Shown here piece by piece: positions 8,842-16,967 of a stretch of 55,645 nt of DNA; position 1 is the first letter of the stretch, and each line of letters opens with the position of its first letter. The stretch comes from Candidatus Pacearchaeota archaeon CG1_02_39_14 (GTDB lineage: Archaea > Nanobdellota > Nanobdellia > Pacearchaeales > GW2011-AR1). The position numbers and the translations under genes were made by a program. Below the pieces are notes generated by a model that had not been told where the DNA came from, did not search any database, and was given only the letters and a program-made list of their open reading frames with translations. The stretch is from assembly GCA_001872315.1 (NCBI GenBank), contig MNVZ01000026.1, forward strand, positions 1 to 55,645, read 5' to 3'.

Positions 8842-9114
8842 ATGAATACATATAATGAAAAGGAAATAATACATTATCCTAATTTGAGAACTATGTTGAT
8901 GGTAGAGAAAATTTTAAGAGATGCTGACAAAATGATAGATAGGGAAGAGTTAAAGAGAAGGTTGCCTACTAAGGTTATGCATCAGACCTTAAATTTAATT
9001 TTAAAATATTTAGAAGAAAAAGGAATGATAATAGACAGCCATAAGGGAATTTTGTGGATTTATAATCCAAGTCCAAAATTGAAGAAGGCAATTGAAAACG
9101 CAAGAGAGATATAA
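8842..9114 (+). CDS. Winged-helix-like small protein, putative antitoxin partner
   Basis: 90 aa. Its stop overlaps the start of the RelE-like gene (TAATG). TATA TTTATATA (8813-8820) ends 22 nt upstream. Confidence 0.5.
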   Translation: MNTYNEKEIIHYPNLRTMLMVEKILRDADKMIDREELKRRLPTKVMHQTLNLILKYLEEKGMIIDSHKGILWIYNPSPKLKKAIENAREI

Positions 9115-9488
9115 TGTTTCAAGGAAAAGAAGTTAGTGTGAGGCTTTCAGAGGAAGCAGATATGGTTTATCAGGAACTAAATGAAATAGTTGGGAAAGAA
9201 AAGTTAAAAGGAATTGATAGCTCTTTTCATCAGACATTGTTAAGGTCGATAAATAGAGTGAGAGATTTATTAAAGCAAAATCCTTTTGCAGGCGATCAAG
9301 TTTCAAAAAGGCAGATTCCCCCAAGATATATTCAAAAATTTGATGTAGATAACGCCTGGAGAATTGAACTAGCAGATAGATGGAGATTAGTTTACACAAT
9401 TACAGGAAATCAAATTGAAATCATAACTTTTGTCATGGATATCTTTGACCATAGGGATTATGATAAAGTTTTTGGGTATAAACATTAG
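9114..9488 (+). CDS. RelE/ParE/YoeB-superfamily toxin-like protein
   Basis: 124 aa. C-terminal AWRIELADRWRLVYTITGNQIEIITFVMDIFDHRDYDKVF matches the RelE/YoeB beta-sheet core pattern. Has an N-terminal extension of about 50 aa. Confidence 0.55.
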   Translation: MFQGKEVSVRLSEEADMVYQELNEIVGKEKLKGIDSSFHQTLLRSINRVRDLLKQNPFAGDQVSKRQIPPRYIQKFDVDNAWRIELADRWRLVYTITGNQIEIITFVMDIFDHRDYDKVFGYKH

Positions 9489-9491
9489 TAA

Positions 9492-10595
9492 TTAATTTTT
9501 CAGCATAAACTTTCCCAGACTTGACTTGGCCCTCTTCTTATTTTCCTGATGTTTTTTTAGAAAGGCATTTATCTTATCAATCGCATATTTTTTCAGCTCG
9601 CCTGTTGTCATCTTTCCTGACCTATAATCAGACTCTATCTTTGCTAATTTTTTGTCATCTTCTTCAAAAAAATACTTCAGGTATTGGAAGGACATGTCTA
9701 TATCCGGGTTCCCTCCGTGCTTCCTGTGCTCTTCAAGAGTATCCTTTCCTCCTGAAAAAGCATATTTGTTAATTTTGTTTTTAACTTCTGATGGAGAATC
9801 TGACAGGTATATCACATCCTGACCTTCATCAGAGGACGACATTTTTGAACTGCCCCTCAAACCCGGGAGAAATTTTGAATGGATTGTTGCGGGCTTCTGG
9901 AATCCAAGAGATGAGTGCTGGGCAATGTCTCTCGCTATCCTCATATAAGGATCCTGGTCGATGCCTATGGGAACCAGAGTATGGTGCTTTCCTGATTTAA
10001 ACTGGGGAAAAAGGATATGTGCTGCCTGTACTGCAGGATAGAAAGTCCAGCCGATATTTGTCTCCGGCTTTAGCCCAAAAACTGCTTTTGCTGTTGAGTA
10101 AGATATTAGCTTGGCAGTTTTTATTGCAAGAGGATAAATTGGATATGAAGTGTCTTTGAAGATGAAAGTCTTGCCTGGTTTGAATCCAAGAGCAATTATG
10201 TCCAGAATGTTGTCATCTGCAAACTTTTGCGCCTCTTCCAAGGACAGCTTGGGCTTGACAAGGAATTTCTCATCGTCAGATATAGGGATATATACGGGGC
10301 AGTTCAACTTTTCCTGAAATGCCTTTGAAAGGACAAATGGAATTAAATGCCCAAGATGCATTTTCTCTGAACTCCCCCTGCCTGTGAGTATTGAAACTTT
10401 TTTTCCTGATTTTGCTGCATTTAGCCAGGCATTAAAATCCCTATGCGAATAATAAAATCCTCTCCTTATCAAATGATGCAAATCAGAATTATCAGCGTCT
10501 GATGAGTCTAGCAGGACCGCACCAAACTCTTTTGTTAGTTTATTATAGTCTATGTCCCCTGAAACGCTCCATGGTGTCATTGATGGCTTTTTCAT
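9492..10595 (-). CDS. trpS: Tryptophanyl-tRNA synthetase (archaeal/eukaryotic type)
   Basis: HIGH-type motif as MHLGHLIPF and KMSKS-type motif as SKMSSS. Start set at the ATG at 10595 (the track start at 10598 is TTG) because the palindromic TTTATAAA at 10617-10624 lies 22 nt upstream. Confidence 0.9.
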   Translation of the reverse strand: MKKPSMTPWSVSGDIDYNKLTKEFGAVLLDSSDADNSDLHHLIRRGFYYSHRDFNAWLNAAKSGKKVSILTGRGSSEKMHLGHLIPFVLSKAFQEKLNCPVYIPISDDEKFLVKPKLSLEEAQKFADDNILDIIALGFKPGKTFIFKDTSYPIYPLAIKTAKLISYSTAKAVFGLKPETNIGWTFYPAVQAAHILFPQFKSGKHHTLVPIGIDQDPYMRIARDIAQHSSLGFQKPATIHSKFLPGLRGSSKMSSSDEGQDVIYLSDSPSEVKNKINKYAFSGGKDTLEEHRKHGGNPDIDMSFQYLKYFFEEDDKKLAKIESDYRSGKMTTGELKKYAIDKINAFLKKHQENKKRAKSSLGKFMLKN

Positions 10596-10616
10596 CAATA
10601 AGATAAGGGAAGGAGA

Positions 10617-10624
10617 TTTATAAA
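10617..10624 (-). promoter_or_regulatory. TATA box for trpS
   Basis: TTTATAAA, 22 nt upstream of the ATG at 10595 on the minus strand. Confidence 0.5.
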
Positions 10625-10687
10625 GATTCTTGGAAGATTATTAAGCAAACCAGTAATGTTTATAATAAACAGGCGACTGGAGAGTGA

Positions 10688-10903
10688 ATGAATCTGGAAA
10701 CTGGAGTTGACTTCCAAATAATTGACGAAGAAGCAGATGTTGAGAAAGGAGCTCTGGATGGAAAGAAGGAATTGTATAACTCCCGAATTGGAAGGATTGT
10801 GAGAGCCGGCAGGAGAAGAAGGGAACAAGAAAGAGTTGCAGCAGCACTGGAATCCTATAACAGGCACTTTAATCCTAACAGCCCGCAATATATTGGCAGG
10901 TAA
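10688..10903 (+). CDS. Small hypothetical protein (acidic N-terminus, Arg-rich centre)
   Basis: 71-aa ORF. TTTATAAT (10659-10666) ends 22 nt before its ATG, the same geometry as confident genes. Confidence 0.45.
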   Translation: MNLETGVDFQIIDEEADVEKGALDGKKELYNSRIGRIVRAGRRRREQERVAAALESYNRHFNPNSPQYIGR

Positions 10904-10905
10904 GG

Positions 10906-10913
10906 TTTATATA
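10906..10913 (+). promoter_or_regulatory. TATA box for the 10935 gene
   Basis: TTTATATA ends 22 nt before the ATG at 10935. Confidence 0.5.
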
Positions 10914-10934
10914 TAAAATCCGATTAAGATTTGA

Positions 10935-12836
10935 ATGAAAAGAGAGATACTGATAATATTGCTGCTTATTCTTGTTCTTCCTTCGATTTCAGCAGAGATA
11001 CTCTTGAGCCAGCCTGAAAATGTTTACAACCTTAGGGACAACATGGACATCCAGATAATCTTAAGGCCTAATGTTGAGATAAATGATTTTCTTTTGTCGC
11101 AGCTAATTTGCAATAACATTACATTTGACATTTACAGGAATTACTTTAACTTAGGCTCCGGGGAAGAGAGGACGGTAGACATTAATTTTCTGATAGATAA
11201 TTCCCTTGGGTTAGGAGAGCAGGAGAACTGTTATATCAGGGCAAGCTTCGGGGAAGATGTTGCAGAGAGCAGAACTTTTGATATTACGAGAGAGATTTCT
11301 GTTGGCTTGAGTGTTGTGAAAAGAGTTTGGAACCCAGGGGAGATTATGGCAATCTCTGGTACAGCGACCAAAATGAACGGAGAAGGCGCTTCAGGAATCG
11401 CTGACATAATCATAGAGCCTGCAGGTGTTTCCTTGAGTGCATTGGTTTCAAACGGGATATTTAATGCCAGCCTGATTCTTCCTGAAGCCCATTCCGGAGA
11501 ACAAAATTTGAGCGTAAGGGTCTATGAAAAGAACAGCAGGAATGAAGTGACTAATGAAGGGAGATCTGACAGAATTATAGAGATAAGGCAAACCCTGAAG
11601 AATGTAAAGATAACTCTCGACTCTAATTCTATAGCGCCCGGGTCTGAAGTTGTATATAATGTTGAGCTTATCGACCAGGCCGGAAGTCAGATGGAAGGGG
11701 AAGTAGCAGTTACCATATTCAGGCCAAACGGATTGGCTTACAGTCAGGAGATAAGAAACTCTGGAGAACAGGCAAATCTGAAAGTTGAGCAAAATTTCAG
11801 CGCAGGGTACTGGAAGATTGAAGCGGTGTTTGGGGAAATTTCTGAAACCAAGCTGTTTTATGTTGAAGAAAGAAAGGATTTGATGTTCAGCATGATAAAC
11901 AGGACTCTTCTTATCACCAATGTCGGAAATGTTCCTTTTGAGGGTCCTATTGAGATACTTATAGGCTCTGAAAACGAGATAATTCATGTGAGCCTTGGCA
12001 TCGGAGAGAGCAAGAAATACAGATTATCTGCTCCTGAAGGAAGCTACCAGATTGTTGCAAAAGAAGGCGACAATGAAGTCAACTTTGGGGCAGTGTCCCT
12101 GACAGGAAAAGCAGTTGACGTTGGAGAGGTCAGCGACGGATTGGGAGATATTATAGGAAATAATCTTGCAGTCTGGATGCTGATAGTTCTTTTAGTAGGA
12201 GCAGTTTTGCTTATGTTCGTTTATAGGAGAGGGATAAGTGATGCATTGAGCCTTGTAAAAAGGAAGGGTGAAGGAGGAGAGGGAGTAATCTCAAACGGAG
12301 GGAAATTTGAAGCAGGAGTTATTTTACTTAATGCTCCTACAAAGATGGATGAAGCTTCTATGAAAAGCATTGAGAGGGCAATTTCAGCTGCTAAAAGCAA
12401 TGGAGCAGGAATCAACTTTGACGGGGAGCATAGGATAATGCTATTCACCCCCCTCTTAACTAAGAAGAAAGAGAATGCAGAAATAACTTTGAGGACAGCA
12501 AAAGAAATAGAGGAGATTCTGAAAGACCATAACAGAAGGCATTTCAACCAGATAAAATATGGAATAGGAGTCAATATCGGAGAAATAATCGCAGAATCTA
12601 GGGATGGAAGAGTCAGGTTTGTATCTGTTGGTAATGCAATAAGCCTCGCTAAGAAGATTTCAAACCAGGCAAAAGAAGAAGTCCTCGTGTCTGACACTTT
12701 CCATAAAAAGGTTCTTGGGGTGGGTAAATTTGAGAAGAAAGCCAATTACTGGAGAGTCTCGGGAGTCGCGGACAGGACTAAACACCAGGGATTCATAAAA
12801 GATTTTGTTGAAAAGCAGAAGGAAAAGAAAAACTAG
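10935..12836 (+). CDS. Single-pass membrane receptor-like protein: large extracellular region, TM, cytoplasmic nucleotidyl-cyclase-like (degenerate) domain
   Basis: 633 aa. Signal peptide ILIILLLILVLPSISAE and TM LAVWMLIVLLVGAVLLMFVY. The C-terminal approx. 180 aa follow the class III cyclase pattern (IKYGIGVNIGEII ... VSVGNAISLAKKI ... EVLVSDTFHKKV). Confidence 0.65.
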   Translation: MKREILIILLLILVLPSISAEILLSQPENVYNLRDNMDIQIILRPNVEINDFLLSQLICNNITFDIYRNYFNLGSGEERTVDINFLIDNSLGLGEQENCYIRASFGEDVAESRTFDITREISVGLSVVKRVWNPGEIMAISGTATKMNGEGASGIADIIIEPAGVSLSALVSNGIFNASLILPEAHSGEQNLSVRVYEKNSRNEVTNEGRSDRIIEIRQTLKNVKITLDSNSIAPGSEVVYNVELIDQAGSQMEGEVAVTIFRPNGLAYSQEIRNSGEQANLKVEQNFSAGYWKIEAVFGEISETKLFYVEERKDLMFSMINRTLLITNVGNVPFEGPIEILIGSENEIIHVSLGIGESKKYRLSAPEGSYQIVAKEGDNEVNFGAVSLTGKAVDVGEVSDGLGDIIGNNLAVWMLIVLLVGAVLLMFVYRRGISDALSLVKRKGEGGEGVISNGGKFEAGVILLNAPTKMDEASMKSIERAISAAKSNGAGINFDGEHRIMLFTPLLTKKKENAEITLRTAKEIEEILKDHNRRHFNQIKYGIGVNIGEIIAESRDGRVRFVSVGNAISLAKKISNQAKEEVLVSDTFHKKVLGVGKFEKKANYWRVSGVADRTKHQGFIKDFVEKQKEKKN

Positions 12837-13141
12837 ACTTTCTTTAATTTTCCATTGTCAAGATAATAGCCCTGAAATCCTATTTTTGCCCTGAAAAGAG
12901 ACTTGACTGATTTCATTTCTTTTTCGCCAAATCCGAGATTCTGTGCCTTCTTAACCAGATGTGCTTTAAGGCATCTTGGAGGAACTCTGTTGCAATCCTC
13001 AAGAATATTTCTTTTTATGAAATTGAATCCCTCTAATTTCAGCCCTAAGGGGAGAGGTGAATTTTTCAGGGCCTGAACACAGGGCTGCCCAAGTACATTT
13101 TTCGGCAGCTTTTCAAAATTAAAGTTGTATATTCCGGCCAT
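12833..13141 (-). CDS. Hypothetical protein
   Basis: ORF with ATG at 13141 (the track start at 13147 is TTG). No motif recognised. Its 3' end overlaps the convergent 10935 gene by 4 nt. Confidence 0.45.
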   Translation of the reverse strand: MAGIYNFNFEKLPKNVLGQPCVQALKNSPLPLGLKLEGFNFIKRNILEDCNRVPPRCLKAHLVKKAQNLGFGEKEMKSVKSLFRAKIGFQGYYLDNGKLKKV

Positions 13142-13163
13142 CGTCAAAAAATAAAAGGTTTGG

Positions 13164-13218
13164 CCAAGACTTAGTTAATCTTAGTCTTAGAAATAAGAGT
13201 CTTGGTTACAATAGTCTT
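13164..13218. repeat. AGTCTT motif array: three direct copies at 15-nt period plus one inverted copy
   Basis: AGTCTT at 13183, 13198 and 13213. Inverted CCAAGACT (13164-13171) pairs with AGTCTTGG (13198-13205). Lies upstream of the 13141 minus-strand gene. Confidence 0.7.
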
Positions 13219-13290
13219 GCTAAAAATAATTTGGGATTGTAACCTATTCATAAAAGACAGAAGGATAAATTATTTATAAACATTTGTATG

Positions 13291-14190
13291 TTACATGCTC
13301 TTCAGTCGCTTTATCCTTTCTTCCACGTCAGGGTGCGTCGCAAAAAGGCCTGAAATCTTTCTCTTAAATGGGTCTGAAATGAACAAAGGCGCAAGACCTT
13401 TAGCTACTCTATGCTTTTCCTTTTCTGAAACATGCTCGTTCTTTATCTTTGTCAGGGCATTTATCAGCCCCGGGGGATACCTTGTAAATTTAACTGCAGT
13501 GCTGTCTGCGAGAAATTCTCTTTTTCTTGAAATCGCTAGAGACACAAGCTGGGCAGCTATAGGGGCGAGGATAGCAAAAATGATTCCTACAAGAATAAGG
13601 ATTGCCCCCGCTTTATTATCCCTGTCGCTCATGCCGGAGAACCAGAGACTTCTTATGAAAATCTGGGCAATTATAGATATCATCCCTATCATCACGGCTG
13701 TCAGAGTCATGAAGCGAATGTCATAGTTGGCTATGTGCGACATCTCATGCGCTATAACTCCCTCTAACTCTTGTTTGTTTAATTTTTTTAGAGCGCCGGA
13801 AGTCATGCATATTACAGCTTTTTCAGGATTCCTGCCTGATGCAAATGCATTTATTTCCTCTGACTCCATCACGAATAATCTTGGCATTGGCAATCCGGAG
13901 GCAAGAGCCATATTTTCTGCTGCCTGATAAAAGTTAGGATGCCCTGATCTTGATGCAGGCCTTGCGCGGACTGATGCAAGCGCAATCTTGTCAGAATTGT
14001 AATAGCTTATCAGGACGTATGACATGGAGAAAATGATGGAGAAAATCATTATTATGAAAAAGTACGAGGGGTCAAGAATCAGGGAGATGAGGTATCCCAA
14101 AACAAGAAAGAAGATGAATATCAGGATTATTAGAAAAAATGATTTCAGCTTGTTTTTTTGGATTTGGTCATGGAAGGATATTTTTTGCAT
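13291..14190 (-). CDS. htpX: HtpX-like M48 zinc metalloprotease
   Basis: 299 aa. Four hydrophobic segments, HEMSH zinc motif in VIAHEMSHIANYD, C-terminal HPDVEERIKRL typical of HtpX. Confidence 0.85.
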   Translation of the reverse strand: MQKISFHDQIQKNKLKSFFLIILIFIFFLVLGYLISLILDPSYFFIIMIFSIIFSMSYVLISYYNSDKIALASVRARPASRSGHPNFYQAAENMALASGLPMPRLFVMESEEINAFASGRNPEKAVICMTSGALKKLNKQELEGVIAHEMSHIANYDIRFMTLTAVMIGMISIIAQIFIRSLWFSGMSDRDNKAGAILILVGIIFAILAPIAAQLVSLAISRKREFLADSTAVKFTRYPPGLINALTKIKNEHVSEKEKHRVAKGLAPLFISDPFKRKISGLFATHPDVEERIKRLKSM

Positions 14191-14260
14191 TTATTATCAG
14201 CCAGAAGGATTATTTAAAACTATTAGCAATATTTATAAAAGGCTTTTAACTATATAATTT

Positions 14261-14476
14261 ATGAATAGAAAAGGGGTCTCAGGCAAGGCGATTGCAATTG
14301 TTATTATCCTTGTGTTGTTACTCGCTGCGGTATTCTACTTCATGTCCCAGGAGGACGCAAGTGAAAGCTCAGGAGACAGTGAAGAACTTGATGACTTCGG
14401 AGAAGCAATAGACTCTACAGGCAATATAGACAGTGAGCTTGGCCTTGATGAAGATTTTGAATACGGGATTGAATGA
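14261..14476 (+). CDS. Small membrane-anchored protein with highly acidic tail
   Basis: 71 aa. MNRKGVSGKAIAIVIILVLLLAAVFYF, then a D/E/S-rich tail. TTTATAAA (14232-14239) ends 22 nt upstream. Confidence 0.5.
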   Translation: MNRKGVSGKAIAIVIILVLLLAAVFYFMSQEDASESSGDSEELDDFGEAIDSTGNIDSELGLDEDFEYGIE

Positions 14477-14614
14477 TTATTTTTTGGTTAAAAGTTTCCA
14501 GTTGTAAATAGAGATTATTACTGCGGGAATTATGAACAGCCAGTCCAATAAGAAAGTAAGTGCCAGGCAGACTAATGCGATTATTGACAGGAGAACTACT
14601 TTTTTGTTTTTCAT
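14477..14614 (-). CDS. 45-aa hydrophobic micro-protein immediately downstream of lemA
   Basis: Hand translation: MKNKKVVLLSIIALVCLALTFLLDWLFIIPAVIISIYNWKLLTKK. Its ATG abuts the lemA stop. Below the ORF-track size cutoff. Confidence 0.35.
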   Translation of the reverse strand: MKNKKVVLLSIIALVCLALTFLLDWLFIIPAVIISIYNWKLLTKK

Positions 14615-15169
14615 TTAGAATGATACTTTTGGAACTGCCCTTGATTCCTGCGGGATTTGAAGAAATTGCTTTGCTTTTTTCCCATAGAGATTTGCAAACA
14701 TATTTCCAGGGAAAGACTGGCAGGCATTGTTGTATGTGAGTATTGAATCGTTATAGAATTGTCTTGAGTACGCAATTCTGTCTTCTATTGCTGACAGTTC
14801 ATTCTGCAACTGCAGGAAATTCTCATTTGCCCTTAATTGCGGATAATTCTCTGCGATAGCAAATAATTTCCCAAGTGACCTTTCAAGCTCGGCCCCTGCT
14901 TTAACTCTTTTTTCAAACCCTTTTGCGTTCATAAGAAGATTTCTGGCTTTAGTGACTTCTGTCATTATCCCCTTTTCATGCTTCGCATAACCCTTAACCG
15001 AATTTATAAGATTCGGCACAAGGTCTGCACGTTTTCTCAACTGGACGTCTATCTGCGAGAGAGAGTTATCAATCCTATTCCCTAAGACAACAAACCTGTT
15101 GTAATAGTAGACGAAAACAATTGCTACCAGCACAACCAGTGCTATTATTATCCAGAAGATGGCTTCCAT
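14615..15169 (-). CDS. lemA: LemA family protein
   Basis: 184 aa. N-terminal TM, then YNRFVVLGNRIDNSLSQIDVQLRKRADLVPNL and ENYPQLRANENFLQLQNEL, characteristic of LemA. Confidence 0.85.
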   Translation of the reverse strand: MEAIFWIIIALVVLVAIVFVYYYNRFVVLGNRIDNSLSQIDVQLRKRADLVPNLINSVKGYAKHEKGIMTEVTKARNLLMNAKGFEKRVKAGAELERSLGKLFAIAENYPQLRANENFLQLQNELSAIEDRIAYSRQFYNDSILTYNNACQSFPGNMFANLYGKKAKQFLQIPQESRAVPKVSF

Positions 15170-15242
15170 TATATGGATAAGAAATGGATTTTATAAATAT
15201 ATCCCTTAGAAAGGATTAAAAGTCGGAGAATATTTGATTGAA

Positions 15243-15623
15243 ATGGATGCAAAAAGAAAAGTAATAGTCAGCTTTTTTGTCCTAATAGTAGTTCTTGGGG
15301 GAATGTATTTTTTTACTGATTGGTTTTCGAAAACTATCGGCTATTTTACCGGAGAGCCACAGAAGATAAGGCTTATGGAATGCATGCAGGAGAAAGGTGC
15401 CGTGTTCTACTTTTCAGAGAACTGCCCGCACTGCCAGGAGCAAAAAAGAATAATAGGGAAAGAGGCTCTAAGCTATTTTGGAAATATGGTTGATTGTGAC
15501 TTTGATACCTATTTATGCCGGGAACTTAAAGGGGTGCCTGCCTGGAAAATAAATGGAAATATCTACTATGGTGTCCGGCAGATTGATGAGCTTGGAGAAA
15601 TTTCAGGATGCCTTGCTGAATAA
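15243..15623 (+). CDS. Membrane-anchored thioredoxin/glutaredoxin-fold protein (CPHC)
   Basis: N-terminal TM VIVSFFVLIVVLGGMYFF and redox motif SENCPHCQEQK. Start placed at the first ATG (the track start at 15234 is TTG). Confidence 0.65.
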   Translation: MDAKRKVIVSFFVLIVVLGGMYFFTDWFSKTIGYFTGEPQKIRLMECMQEKGAVFYFSENCPHCQEQKRIIGKEALSYFGNMVDCDFDTYLCRELKGVPAWKINGNIYYGVRQIDELGEISGCLAE

Positions 15624-15659
15624 TGTAAGATTTATTAATGAATTTCCCTTACTGATGCT

Positions 15660-16316
15660 ATGAAAAGATTGCTTGTTTTCCTTGCTCTTGCTGTGGCTTT
15701 TGCTAATCTTGTTTCCGCTGTTGAGGTTGCTGGAGAGGTCTACAGCACTGATTTTGAGATTGTCAGCGAGGTAGTTGTCAAAGTTCTTTCCACGGGGGGA
15801 AATGTTCTTCAGTCAGAGATATCTGAATCTGGAAGATATGAGTTTGACCTCTCTGAAGGAGAGTATATTGTTAAAGCAGAAGTTTATCGGGACGGAATAC
15901 TTGTCCTTGAAGGAGGGGAGAGAATAGAGGTCGGAGGAGTCGCTCTGAATGTCGATTTAATTGTCCTGCCAAGTTTTGGAGATGAAGAGCTCTTTGATAA
16001 CTTTGACGTGAGCACAGATATTGAAGCAGAGGGCATCTCTTTCCTTATTCTGGCAGTGATTGCGATTGCCGTTGCGGCAGTCATTGCATTTTATTATTGG
16101 AAGAGAGGGCCAAAACCTAAAGAAGAGCTGCCAAAGGACCTCAAAGAGATTGTGAAAATGATTGAAAGGAAAGGTGGAAGAGTGAACCAGGTTGATTTGA
16201 GAAAGGAGCTGCAGTTTTCGGAGGCGAAGGTGAGCCTAATGCTTGCTGACCTTGAAAACAGAGGCTGGATAAAGAGGATAAAAAAAGGAAGAGGAAACAT
16301 TTTAGTTCTTCAGTGA
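15660..16316 (+). CDS. Membrane-tethered winged-helix regulator-like protein (signal peptide, beta-sandwich ectodomain, TM, cytoplasmic wHTH)
   Basis: 218 aa. Signal peptide LLVFLALAVAFANLVSA and TM ILAVIAIAVAAVIAFYYW. C-terminal IVKMIERKGGRVNQVDLRKELQFSEAKVSLMLADLENRGWIKRIKKGRGNIL is MarR/COG2512-like. Confidence 0.6.
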   Translation: MKRLLVFLALAVAFANLVSAVEVAGEVYSTDFEIVSEVVVKVLSTGGNVLQSEISESGRYEFDLSEGEYIVKAEVYRDGILVLEGGERIEVGGVALNVDLIVLPSFGDEELFDNFDVSTDIEAEGISFLILAVIAIAVAAVIAFYYWKRGPKPKEELPKDLKEIVKMIERKGGRVNQVDLRKELQFSEAKVSLMLADLENRGWIKRIKKGRGNILVLQ

Positions 16317-16891
16317 GAAGATTTCTTAGAAAATGAGCTAAAAATTCTTGCGCTGACTTCCTCAACTGTCCCAAGGCCGTTGATTTTTATTACACTCCCA
16401 AGATACATTTCAAGCACCTCGTGGGTTTGCTGATTGTAAATTTTAATCCTGTTTCTTATAATATCCTCGCTGGCATCGTCCGGCCTGCCCTCAATTTTTG
16501 CCCTTTTAAGAAGCCTTTTTACTATTTCCTCGTCAGGAATTTCCAGGGAGATTACTGCAGTGATATCAATAAAAGAAGAAATCATCACTGCCTGTTCAGG
16601 ATTTCTTGGGATTCCATCGAGAAGGATTATCTGTTCATTGGGGTCGTATCCTCCTGATTCTATTGATTTCTTGAGATTTTGCTTCAATAAATCAACTATC
16701 ATCCCGTCGGAAATAAGGTTTCCTGCATCTATCCTTTCCCTTATCCGCTTCCCGAGATTAGTACTTGTGTCGACATTCCTGCACATCTCACCAGTTGAAA
16801 AATGCACATATCTCTTTGGGAAAAGTTTAGCCTGTGTTCCCTTTCCGCTCCCCGGAGGGCCAAAAATAACTATCGCCCTGTATTTGTCCAT
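16310..16891 (-). CDS. adk: Adenylate kinase (bacterial/eukaryotic-type, short lid)
   Basis: P-loop IFGPPGSGKGTQ, LISDGMIVDLL and ILLDGIPRN motifs. Confidence 0.9.
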   Translation of the reverse strand: MDKYRAIVIFGPPGSGKGTQAKLFPKRYVHFSTGEMCRNVDTSTNLGKRIRERIDAGNLISDGMIVDLLKQNLKKSIESGGYDPNEQIILLDGIPRNPEQAVMISSFIDITAVISLEIPDEEIVKRLLKRAKIEGRPDDASEDIIRNRIKIYNQQTHEVLEMYLGSVIKINGLGTVEEVSARIFSSFSKKSSH

Positions 16892-16967
16892 GAGCTACCT
16901 GGGATAGAAGATATTAAAATATTTTGGATAAGATAAAAGTTAAAAGCCCTGCTTACTTATTTTGTTC

